A stretch of DNA of 64,000 nt from Thermoleophilaceae bacterium (GTDB taxonomy: Bacteria; Actinomycetota; Thermoleophilia; Solirubrobacterales; Thermoleophilaceae), in NCBI GenBank assembly GCA_035630455.1, contig DASQKP010000031.1, forward strand, positions 21,429 through 85,428. The letters are read 5' to 3'. Shown one piece after another: positions 17,945 through 25,693 of the stretch. Position numbers and translations under genes: made by a program. A model generated the notes under the pieces. The model worked only from the letters and a program-made list of their open reading frames with translations. It was not told the origin of the DNA and made no database searches. How positions within the stretch are numbered: the first letter of the stretch is position 1; each line of letters starts with the position of its first letter.

Positions 17945-17969
17945 ATACAGAGGGGGTTATCCCTGTCAA
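17942..17969 (-). promoter_or_regulatory. Sigma70/SigA-like promoter: TTGACA (17969-17964), 16 nt spacer, TATTAT (17947-17942)
   Basis: The minus strand reads cTTGACAgggataaccccctctgTATTATaccg. The -35 overlaps the stop codon of the upstream MFS gene. Confidence 0.5.
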
Positions 17970-19444
17970 GCAGGCCAACTGGCTGGCGCTGTCGACTCTT
18001 CGATTCCCGCTTCCAAAGCGGGAATCCGGGGAATCGCAAGGGCGAAACCGGCCGCGACGAGCCCGGCGGCGGCCATCACCAGGAATGCCGCGACGTAGGC
18101 GCTCTCGGCCGGCGTCGCGGTCCCCTCGACCGTCGCGGCGGCCAGCAGCGTCGCGACGAGCGCGGCCGAGAAAGCGCCCCCGACGGCGCGCGCGACCGTG
18201 TTCAGGCCGGTGGCGATGCCTATGTCGCGGGCGTCCACCCCGGCAACGATCAGATTCGCCATCGACGTCCAGGCGAACGAGATCCCGCCGCCGATCAGCA
18301 CTCCCGCGAAGACCACGTCGCCGACGCCGTCGTGGGCCGCGGCGAGCGAGCCGAACGCCACGGCGACCAGCAGCGCCCCCAAGGCCAGCACCGCGCGCCC
18401 GCCGTAGCGATTCGCGAGCGCTCCGGCGACCGGTCCACAGACGAGCATCGCCACGGCACTCGGCAGCATCACCAACCCGGCTCCGACCATCGACAGGCCC
18501 AGCCCGTGACCTCCGTCGACGGCGACGTGGGAGTACTGCGGAATCAGGATGAACGACCCGAACATCGCCACGCCGACGAAGAAGCTCGCGCCGTTGGTCG
18601 CGAGCATCGACCGCTCCCCCAGCATCCGCATGTCGACCAACGGCTCCCGCACGCGCCCTTCGAGGACGGCGAAGGCCAGCAGCGTCCCCACGCCCGCAAG
18701 CATCAGCCCGACCGTCGGCGCGGCGCCCCAGCCCCACGCGCTCGCCTTGGAGATCGCCAGCAGCACGGCGACCAGCCCGAGCGACAGCACGGCGGCTCCA
18801 CCCCAGTCGAGCGTGGCCCGCCCGCGCGGCGGGTCGTTCGGCACGACCCACCAGACCGCGGCGGCCGCCGGCAGGGCGATCAGCCCGACGAGAAAGAGCC
18901 AGGCCAGCTCGCCATGGTCGAGGATCGCTCCCGCTAGCGGAAGGCCCATGCCGCCGCCGATACCGAAGGTCGCCGACAGCAGCCCGATCGCCACCGCCTT
19001 GCGCTCAGCGGGGAAGGTGTCGTTGACGATCCCGAAGGCAAGCGCGAAGACCCCTCCGGCGACTCCCTGGACCACTCTCCCGCCGATCAGCACCTCGATC
19101 GAGCCGGCAAGCGCGCAGATCACCGAGCCGAGCCCGAAGACGACGAGCACGGCCGTCAGCACCCGCCGCCTGCCGTGGAGATCGCCGAGCTTGCCGACCA
19201 GCGGCGCGCAGACGGCGGCGGACAGCAGATAGCCGGACAGCGCCCATGCCGCCGACGGGCCCGTAGTGCCGAACGCCTCCGCGATCGCCGGCAGGGCCGG
19301 CGCGACCATCGTGTGCAACAGCGAGAAGGAGAACGCCCCGATCAGCAGGGCGACCAAGACGGCAGCTGGCGAGCGGCCGTCCGCGGCGCTGGGTGATTGG
19401 GGGGCGGTGTAGGCGCGGCTAGCCATGCCGTCAGGCGCCGCCAC
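17966..19444 (-). CDS. MFS transporter (DHA2/EmrB-like drug:H+ antiporter family)
   Basis: 492 aa, about 14 hydrophobic segments. MFS motif LVGKLGDLHGRRRVL after TM2. Confidence 0.85.
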   Translation of the reverse strand: MAAPDGMASRAYTAPQSPSAADGRSPAAVLVALLIGAFSFSLLHTMVAPALPAIAEAFGTTGPSAAWALSGYLLSAAVCAPLVGKLGDLHGRRRVLTAVLVVFGLGSVICALAGSIEVLIGGRVVQGVAGGVFALAFGIVNDTFPAERKAVAIGLLSATFGIGGGMGLPLAGAILDHGELAWLFLVGLIALPAAAAVWWVVPNDPPRGRATLDWGGAAVLSLGLVAVLLAISKASAWGWGAAPTVGLMLAGVGTLLAFAVLEGRVREPLVDMRMLGERSMLATNGASFFVGVAMFGSFILIPQYSHVAVDGGHGLGLSMVGAGLVMLPSAVAMLVCGPVAGALANRYGGRAVLALGALLVAVAFGSLAAAHDGVGDVVFAGVLIGGGISFAWTSMANLIVAGVDARDIGIATGLNTVARAVGGAFSAALVATLLAAATVEGTATPAESAYVAAFLVMAAAGLVAAGFALAIPRIPALEAGIEESTAPASWPA

Positions 19445-19508
19445 TCCGCGCGGTGAATGTAACAGACCACCAGCGGCCCGACGGGGGCTTTGGTCGGGCG
19501 ACGGGCGG

Positions 19509-19973
19509 CTAGACGAGCGCGCGGCCGACGGACTCGGCGACGCAGCAGGGCTTCTCGGAGCCCTCGACCTCGAGCGTGAAGCGGGTCACGACCTGGAACC
19601 AGCCGCCGCCGACATCGTCGACCGAGACGACCTCGGCGCTGGCGCGGACACGCGACCCGACCGGGACGGGCGCCGGGAAGCGGACCTTGTTCCAGCCGTA
19701 GTTGACGCCGAGCTTGAAACCGGTCGACTCGATCAGCGCGAGCCGGAAGCCGTCGATCATCGACAGCGTCAGGTTGCCGTGCGAGATCGTGGTGCCGAAC
19801 GGGCTCTCGCGGGCGGCGCGCTCGACGTCGACGTGGATCCACTGGTCGTCGCCCGACAGCTCGGCGAACGAGTCGATCATCGGCTGCGTCACCTCGCGCC
19901 ACTCGCTGGGACCGACCGGCTTGCCGATCAGCCCGCGCAGCCCCTCGATTCCGTCGACGGTCGCCAGCGCCAT
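19509..19973 (-). CDS. MaoC-like (R)-specific enoyl-CoA hydratase, hot-dog fold
   Basis: 154 aa with SGDDQWIHVDVERAARESPFGTTISHGNLTLS, the MaoC dehydratase motif region. Confidence 0.85.
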   Translation of the reverse strand: MALATVDGIEGLRGLIGKPVGPSEWREVTQPMIDSFAELSGDDQWIHVDVERAARESPFGTTISHGNLTLSMIDGFRLALIESTGFKLGVNYGWNKVRFPAPVPVGSRVRASAEVVSVDDVGGGWFQVVTRFTLEVEGSEKPCCVAESVGRALV

Positions 19974-19974
19974 A

Positions 19975-20244
19975 TCAGGCGGCGGAACGGCGGGCGAAGC
20001 GCTCGCGACGCTTCGCGGCCTCCTCGTCGCGGTCCTTCGGCGGGGCGTTGCTCACCAGTCCGTCGAGCAGCGTCCGCGTGGCCGCGGTGACCTCCTCGAC
20101 CGCACGATCGAACGCCTCCTGATTGGCCTTCGACGGCTTGGTCGAGCCGCTGATCTTGCGGACGTACTGCAACGCCGCGTCGTGGACCTCGTCCTCGTTC
20201 GCGGGTGGCTCGAAGTTATGCAGGGTTCGGATGTTTCGGCACAT
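19975..20244 (-). CDS. DUF2277-family small protein
   Basis: ORF trimmed to ATG 20244. MCRNIRTLHNFEPPANEDEVHDAALQYVRKISGSTKPSKANQEAFDRAV matches my recollection of the conserved actinobacterial MCRNIRTLHNFEPPAT... family. Confidence 0.7.
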   Translation of the reverse strand: MCRNIRTLHNFEPPANEDEVHDAALQYVRKISGSTKPSKANQEAFDRAVEEVTAATRTLLDGLVSNAPPKDRDEEAAKRRERFARRSAA

Positions 20245-20281
20245 GTCACTGAGCGTAGTGGCAACGCCTATCTTGGAGGGG

Positions 20282-21757
20282 GTGCATGCACGCGCCAAAG
20301 TCAGCGCGTTCGCGATCACCGTCCTGACGGTGATGCTGATCGCCGCGACCCCCGCCTTTGGCGCCGCCGCCCATGACGGCTGGGGATTCGCGGTCGCCGA
20401 CGACGACTGGGAGTGGGACGACCCGGGCTATCTCCCGTCGCTGGAGGACGAGTTCGCCGCCCTCGGGCCGAAGGCCTTTCGCTTCCAGATGATCTGGAAC
20501 GCGGCCGACCTTCCATGGCACCTCGACCGAGCGCGGGGAATCATCGCTCGCGCCAGAGCCCAAGGCGTAGAGCAGATCGTCGTGACGTTCAAGCGGAGCG
20601 TGGGCTCCGATACCGACCCCGTCTACGGCGTCAAGCCCACCGCGGAGGGCTACACCGAGCACGTCAGCGAGGTCGTGCGCCTGCTCGCCGACGACGTCGA
20701 CGTCTGGGGACCCGCCAACGAGCCCAATCGCGGTGAGACGTGGCTGCCGGGGGTGTCGGGAGCGCAACTGCTGGCGGGGTACTACGCGGGTCTGGAGGAC
20801 GCGGTCGCCACCTGGGACCCGACGGCGGCGACCACCTCCCCCGACTTCGTCGACCGCGCCGACCTGGGGACGATCGCCAACTACGTCAACCCGTACGAGA
20901 ACGCCGGCGGCGGCTGGGGCGACCATGTCGCCATCCACCCGTACGCGGGGGCGTACAACGAGACCACCAGCACGACGCTCGACATCATCGGCCTAGCGCC
21001 ACCGGGAGCGAGCGTCTGGGTCACCGAGGTCGGCGCCTTCGGCAGGAGCCAGCGCGGAATCGAGGCCTCCGAGACGTCCCAGAACGACACGGTCTGGTGG
21101 CTCGCGACGATCCTGGCGGAGCTGCCCCAAGTCGAGCGGATCCACTACTACCACATGCGCGGAAACCCCCAAGCCGCTTGGGATACCGGCCTGCTGAACG
21201 TCGACCGCGGCAAGCGAATCGCCTGGCACACCTGGTGCGCCATGGCCCACGGCGACCTGGAGCACGCCGCCTGCCAACCGGTGACACGGCGGTCGGTCGT
21301 GCCGTCGCCGCTCGATCCGTCACTGCCCGACCCCCCTCTCGCCGGGCCGGCCAGCGCGACCGCGGGCCCACCCCAGCCCGACTGCCCGTACGCGCTCACC
21401 TGCGCTGCCCCGCCACCCGACCGCACGCCTCCCACGCTGACCATCGACCGTCGCAACAGGCTCGGCTACGACGACTTCATGAACGGCTTCGCCTTCCGCG
21501 TGCGGCCAAGCGAGCGCAGCGCTCTGAAGATCGAGGTCCTCGTCCGCCTACGCCGCGCGGGCGATAGCCCTCGCCGTTACGTGACCGTGGCGAAGAAGAG
21601 CCTTGCGGCAGCCGACGGCTCGCACGTCGTCCGGCTCAAACCGCGACACCGGGCGCTCAGCGGACGACACCGATTCCTCGCCCGCCTGCGGGTGCACGCC
21701 ACCGATCTCGAGGGCAACCGCGGGACAGCGACCAAGCTGCTCCGCGTCAGTCGATAG
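20282..21757 (+). CDS. Secreted clan GH-A (TIM-barrel) glycoside hydrolase-like protein with a basic C-terminal module
   Basis: GTG 20282 follows GGAGGG. Signal peptide ...IAATPAFGAAAHD. Acid/base-type motif WGPANEPN and nucleophile-type motif VWVTEVGAF. Pro-rich linker, then an Arg-rich C-terminal module. ATG 20243 is an alternative start. Confidence 0.7.
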   Translation: MHARAKVSAFAITVLTVMLIAATPAFGAAAHDGWGFAVADDDWEWDDPGYLPSLEDEFAALGPKAFRFQMIWNAADLPWHLDRARGIIARARAQGVEQIVVTFKRSVGSDTDPVYGVKPTAEGYTEHVSEVVRLLADDVDVWGPANEPNRGETWLPGVSGAQLLAGYYAGLEDAVATWDPTAATTSPDFVDRADLGTIANYVNPYENAGGGWGDHVAIHPYAGAYNETTSTTLDIIGLAPPGASVWVTEVGAFGRSQRGIEASETSQNDTVWWLATILAELPQVERIHYYHMRGNPQAAWDTGLLNVDRGKRIAWHTWCAMAHGDLEHAACQPVTRRSVVPSPLDPSLPDPPLAGPASATAGPPQPDCPYALTCAAPPPDRTPPTLTIDRRNRLGYDDFMNGFAFRVRPSERSALKIEVLVRLRRAGDSPRRYVTVAKKSLAAADGSHVVRLKPRHRALSGRHRFLARLRVHATDLEGNRGTATKLLRVSR

Positions 21758-23074
21758 TCACTCCACCAGCCGCACCTCGAAGGCGGCGCTGGTGAGGTCG
21801 CCGGCGCCGTCGAGGAGGCCGAGTATCTTGGCGACGTAGGCCTGGGTCTCGGGGTAGTCGGGAATGCAGCCGCAGGCGGCGACGGGCGCCGGGCCGGCGT
21901 TGTAGGCGGCGAGGGCGAGCGGGACGGAGGCGAACTGGCGCAGCAGGTCGTGCATCAGGTGGGCCTGGGCATCGATCGCGGCCTTGGGATCGAAGGGGTT
22001 GGAGAGGCCGTAGCTGGCCGCCGTCCCCGGCATGAACTGGGCGATTCCCTGGGCGCCCGCCGGTGAGCTCGCGAAAGGGTTGAAGTTGGACTCTGCGTAG
22101 AGCTGGGCCGAGAGAACGGCGGCACCGACGTTCCAGCGCTGGGAGGCCCGCGAGATGGCGTCGGCGAACTGGGGCGGGACGAACGACGGGATCGCGGAGC
22201 GGCCGTCGCGGATCTTGGCGCCGTAGCCGACCGAGGCGGAGCCGGCCGCGCGAACGTAGCCGTAGTGCCAGGGCTCCCAGCTGTACCTCTGCACGAACCC
22301 GAAGCGCTGGGCGTTCGCCGCGAGCCATCCGTAGGCGGCATTCGGCCCCAGGTCCAGCTCGGTTCCGAGGCGGTGAAGACTCTTGCCGGGTGGGGCAACC
22401 CAGCGGGGATCTGGGTTCGCGGCGAACAGGGCCGCTTGCTCGGCGTCGGAACGGAAGCCGCTGACCACGATCAGAGAGAGGCCGTCAGAGAGCGCGGCCG
22501 CCGCCATGCGGTCGAAGGCCATCGCCACATCGGGCCTCATCGGCTTCCCACCTCGGTAGGCCAGCGGACCCGAGTAGCCGCCACCGCTCGCCATCGTCGG
22601 CATCGCGGCTCCGCCACCTAGTGGCGCCAGCTCGGCGGTGGCGCTCGCCTCGACCGCGACGCGCCGTTTGCGCGCCCCATCCTTGACCCGGACGTCGACC
22701 GTCCCGCGTGTCCGCACCCGGACCCGTGTCGGCGCGAAGCCTCCGCCCGGAAACGTGACGTCGGTCAGTCCGAGCCGGACGCCGTTGCGCTCGCCGGCGC
22801 GGACCGCCGCCGAGCGGGCGCGAGCGAGGTACTCGAGCGTCGACAGGTGGTGCGGATTCGGCAGGCCGTTCGGGAGCGTGACCGGCTCGAACAGCCGGAA
22901 GTAATCGTCGCTCATGCGGTGCGCGGCCGAGACGGCCGCCAGGTCGGCGGCGCGCTGGTGGCGGGACTTGCCGCCGAGCGCCTGACCGAAGGCGACGAGG
23001 ACGAGCGTCCCGACGAGCGCCGCCGCGACGACGCCGAGCATCAGCAACAGCGCCTGGCCGCGCTCGCTCCTCAC
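21758..23074 (-). CDS. Three-part fusion: TadG-like N-terminal anchor, VanY/M15 D-Ala-D-Ala carboxypeptidase domain, and SLT lytic transglycosylase domain
   Basis: The N-terminus MRSERGQALLLMLGVVAAALVG...RHQRAADLAAVSAAHRM resembles the TadE/G-like Flp-pilus assembly N-terminus. M15 zinc motifs SLHRLGTELD and EPWHYGY. SLT motifs YAESNF, GIAQFMPGTA and AYNAGP. Confidence 0.8.
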   Translation of the reverse strand: MRSERGQALLLMLGVVAAALVGTLVLVAFGQALGGKSRHQRAADLAAVSAAHRMSDDYFRLFEPVTLPNGLPNPHHLSTLEYLARARSAAVRAGERNGVRLGLTDVTFPGGGFAPTRVRVRTRGTVDVRVKDGARKRRVAVEASATAELAPLGGGAAMPTMASGGGYSGPLAYRGGKPMRPDVAMAFDRMAAAALSDGLSLIVVSGFRSDAEQAALFAANPDPRWVAPPGKSLHRLGTELDLGPNAAYGWLAANAQRFGFVQRYSWEPWHYGYVRAAGSASVGYGAKIRDGRSAIPSFVPPQFADAISRASQRWNVGAAVLSAQLYAESNFNPFASSPAGAQGIAQFMPGTAASYGLSNPFDPKAAIDAQAHLMHDLLRQFASVPLALAAYNAGPAPVAACGCIPDYPETQAYVAKILGLLDGAGDLTSAAFEVRLVE

Positions 23075-23772
23075 GGCGCGACCGCCACGAGGTCGGCGAG
23101 CTGGGCGACGCGGCGGCCCAGCTCACCGCGGGCCTCACGACCGGCGAGCGCGAGCTGCGCGCCCATCCGGGCGTCGGGCAGGCGCAGGGCGCAGCGGGCG
23201 TCCCAGCGCTCGTCGGCGTCGCGGTCGCGATTCAGGACGACGACCGGCTCGGGACCGACGCGGCACAGGGACTCTGCGAGAACGGAGGCGAGCGCCGGCT
23301 CCGTCCCGGGACCCGCGACGAGGACCACGGCGTCGACGAGCGACGCGGCGACCGACGTCCCCGCCGCGTCGGCCACATCGAGAACCAGCGGGGCGAGATC
23401 GCGGGCGGCATCGACGAACGCCGCGTGGTCGGGACCGGCGACCGTCAGGCAGATCCGCCCGACCGCGCGCGTCTGCGACGGCAGCGAACGCTGGACCGCC
23501 CGGCCAAGGCGCCCGGCCGCTGGCGTCCCCAGCGGGATCCCACCGCCGGCAACGGTCTCGGTGCTGACGATCGCCGCTCCGCCGTCGTCGCGCAGCGCCA
23601 GCTCGGCCGCCAGCGCCCGCGCCACGGTCGTGGTCCCGCAGCGCGGCGCCAGTCCCGCCACGGCGACCACGGGTCGCGCCATCCGTTTCCAGGCCCGGTC
23701 GGCCTCGGCGCTCGCCGGCTCCAGCGGCTCGACGAGGAAATCGGCGACCGTCGACAGCAGTCCGCCCCTCAT
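23071..23772 (-). CDS. Hypothetical protein with a degenerate MinD/ParA/CpaE(TadZ)-like P-loop
   Basis: VVAVAGLAPRCGTTTVARALAAELA aligns to the deviant Walker A (xKGGxGKTT) but lacks both lysines. Walker B-like LVLDVAD. 4-nt overlaps on both sides. Confidence 0.5.
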   Translation of the reverse strand: MRGGLLSTVADFLVEPLEPASAEADRAWKRMARPVVAVAGLAPRCGTTTVARALAAELALRDDGGAAIVSTETVAGGGIPLGTPAAGRLGRAVQRSLPSQTRAVGRICLTVAGPDHAAFVDAARDLAPLVLDVADAAGTSVAASLVDAVVLVAGPGTEPALASVLAESLCRVGPEPVVVLNRDRDADERWDARCALRLPDARMGAQLALAGREARGELGRRVAQLADLVAVAP

Positions 23773-24110
23773 GGCAGCTCCACCGCCGCCTCGGCGCGGA
23801 CCTCGAGCTTGCGCGCGACGAGCTTCAGCGGCGACGGCGGGCGCAGCCGCACGCCCACCGTCCCGCCGCTCACTTCAACCCGAGCCTGTGCTTGCGACCA
23901 GCCCGGCAGCGCGTGCTTCACGGCCGCCCGCGCGTCTCCCCCACCCGCCAGCGCGAGCGCGCCTGCCTCGGCGGCGGTGCCCGCCAGCACGGCCGAGTAG
24001 CCGACGGCCAGCAACTGCATCAAGACCAGCCCGACCACCAGCAGCACCGGCAGCGCCGCCACCACCTCGACCAGAGCCTGCCCGCGCTCAGAGCCCAGAT
24101 CGCCGTTCAC
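23769..24110 (-). CDS. TadE-like (Flp pilus minor pseudopilin-like) protein
   Basis: 113 aa. N-terminus SERGQALVEVVAALPVLLVVGLVLMQ is the TadE-like motif (ERGQA.VE...LP.LL). Confidence 0.75.
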   Translation of the reverse strand: MNGDLGSERGQALVEVVAALPVLLVVGLVLMQLLAVGYSAVLAGTAAEAGALALAGGGDARAAVKHALPGWSQAQARVEVSGGTVGVRLRPPSPLKLVARKLEVRAEAAVELP

Positions 24111-24460
24111 GACCCGTCCCCGAGCGACGCCGTCGCCCCGACCGCCACCGGCAGCCGCCAGCGGTGCAGCAGCAGCGGCAGCTCCACGCTGACCGCCACC
24201 CGCCCGTCGCGACGCTCGACCTCGAGACCGGGCTCCAGCCCCGCCGGCAGCACGGAGCGGACGGCCGCCTTCACGTCACCGTCGACCACCTCCGCCCGTG
24301 CCCCGGCGCGCGCGGCATGGGCCGCGAGCCACGCCGTATGACCGGCGAGCGCGCACTGCCAGACGAGCGCGCCCACCAGCAAGACGAACGGCAACGCGGC
24401 CACCAGCTCGACGCTCGACTGCCCCTGTTCGGACCGCCCGAGGCGGCGTAGAAAGCTCAT
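24107..24460 (-). CDS. TadE-like (Flp pilus minor pseudopilin-like) protein
   Basis: 117 aa. N-terminus SEQGQSSVELVAALPFVLLVGALVWQ is the TadE-like motif. Confidence 0.75.
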   Translation of the reverse strand: MSFLRRLGRSEQGQSSVELVAALPFVLLVGALVWQCALAGHTAWLAAHAARAGARAEVVDGDVKAAVRSVLPAGLEPGLEVERRDGRVAVSVELPLLLHRWRLPVAVGATASLGDGS

Positions 24461-24517
24461 GCCACCGACCGTCTCAGCGGCCGTGAGACGGGAAAACCCC
24501 GCTCTGTTACAGCACTG

Positions 24518-25693
24518 CTACGTGCGTGTTACAGCTCGACGCCCCTTGAGCAGGATCGCCACGCCGAGCACGGCGCTGGCGATCGAGCCGGCGAAGATGC
24601 CGAACTTGGCGGTGTCGATCGTCAGCGGGTCGCTGTACGCCAGCTGCGCGATGAACAGCGAGACGGTGAAGCCGATTCCGCCGAGCGCGGCGATCCCCCA
24701 GACGTGCTGGGCACGCACACCCTCTGGAAGCTTGCCGATCCCGAGCCGAGCGACGAGCAGGATCGTGCCGGCGATCCCGAGCAGCTTGCCGAGCACCAGG
24801 CCGATCGCGATCGCCCAGGCGATCCGGCTCTCCGCGGCGGCCGAGATCGTCGAGCTGTCGAGCACGATGCCGGCGTTCGCCAGCGCGAACAGCGGGATGA
24901 CCAGGAAGCTGCTGAACGGGTGCAGCCGATCCTCGACCTCCTCGAGCACCTGGCGGCCGTCGATCGGACGGGCTGGCATCAGCAGCCCGACCGCGACCCC
25001 GGCGATCGTCGCGTGGACACCCGACTCCAGCATCGCGACCCAGACGAAGATGCCGAGCGGCACATAGGCGATCACCCGCCGCACTCCCAGCGCCCGCATC
25101 GCGACGATCGCCGCCAGGCCCGCCACGACGGCCGCCAGCCAGGCCAGCGAGATCCCCGAGCTGTAGAAGATCGCGATCACCGCGATCGCGACCACGTCGT
25201 CGACGACGGCGATCGTCAACAGCAGCAGCTTCACTCCCGCCGGGATGCGGTCGCCCAGCAGCGCCAGCACGCCGACGGCGAACGCGATGTCGGTCGCCGT
25301 CGGGATCGCCCAGCCGCTCGCGCCCTCGCCACCGAGCGTCAGCAGCGCGAAGATGATCGCCGGCAGCGCCGCCCCGCCAAGCGCGGCGAGCACCGGAACC
25401 GTCGCGGTCCGGCGGTCGCGCAGGTCGCCCGTCACGAACTCGCGCTTGACCTCGAGCGCGACGACGAAGAAGAACAACGCCATCAGCCCGTCGTTGACCC
25501 AGTGCTGGAGGTCCTCGGTGATCGACAGCGAGCCGACACCGAGAGTCAGCTCCGTATGCCAGAAGGACAGGTAGCTGCCGCCGAGGTTCGCCCAGACCAG
25601 CGCCACCGCGGTGGCGACGAGCAGGACGACCCCGCCGGTCGTCTCGTCGTGGAGGTACTCGGTCGCGGCGTCGATGTTCTCGCGGACGCTCAC
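24518..25693 (-). CDS. nhaA: Na+/H+ antiporter NhaA
   Basis: 391 aa. DLQHWVNDGLMALFFFVVALEVKRE and ...PLFALANAG are hallmark NhaA motifs. GTG start. Confidence 0.92.
   Translation of the reverse strand: MSVRENIDAATEYLHDETTGGVVLLVATAVALVWANLGGSYLSFWHTELTLGVGSLSITEDLQHWVNDGLMALFFFVVALEVKREFVTGDLRDRRTATVPVLAALGGAALPAIIFALLTLGGEGASGWAIPTATDIAFAVGVLALLGDRIPAGVKLLLLTIAVVDDVVAIAVIAIFYSSGISLAWLAAVVAGLAAIVAMRALGVRRVIAYVPLGIFVWVAMLESGVHATIAGVAVGLLMPARPIDGRQVLEEVEDRLHPFSSFLVIPLFALANAGIVLDSSTISAAAESRIAWAIAIGLVLGKLLGIAGTILLVARLGIGKLPEGVRAQHVWGIAALGGIGFTVSLFIAQLAYSDPLTIDTAKFGIFAGSIASAVLGVAILLKGRRAVTRT

Noticed and set aside
17941-17946. Perfect TATAAT on the plus strand
   Set aside because: There is no plus-strand gene downstream, because the next genes are all on the minus strand. 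The hexamer is one arm of the palindromic operator, and its complement TATTAT serves as the -10 for the minus-strand operon.
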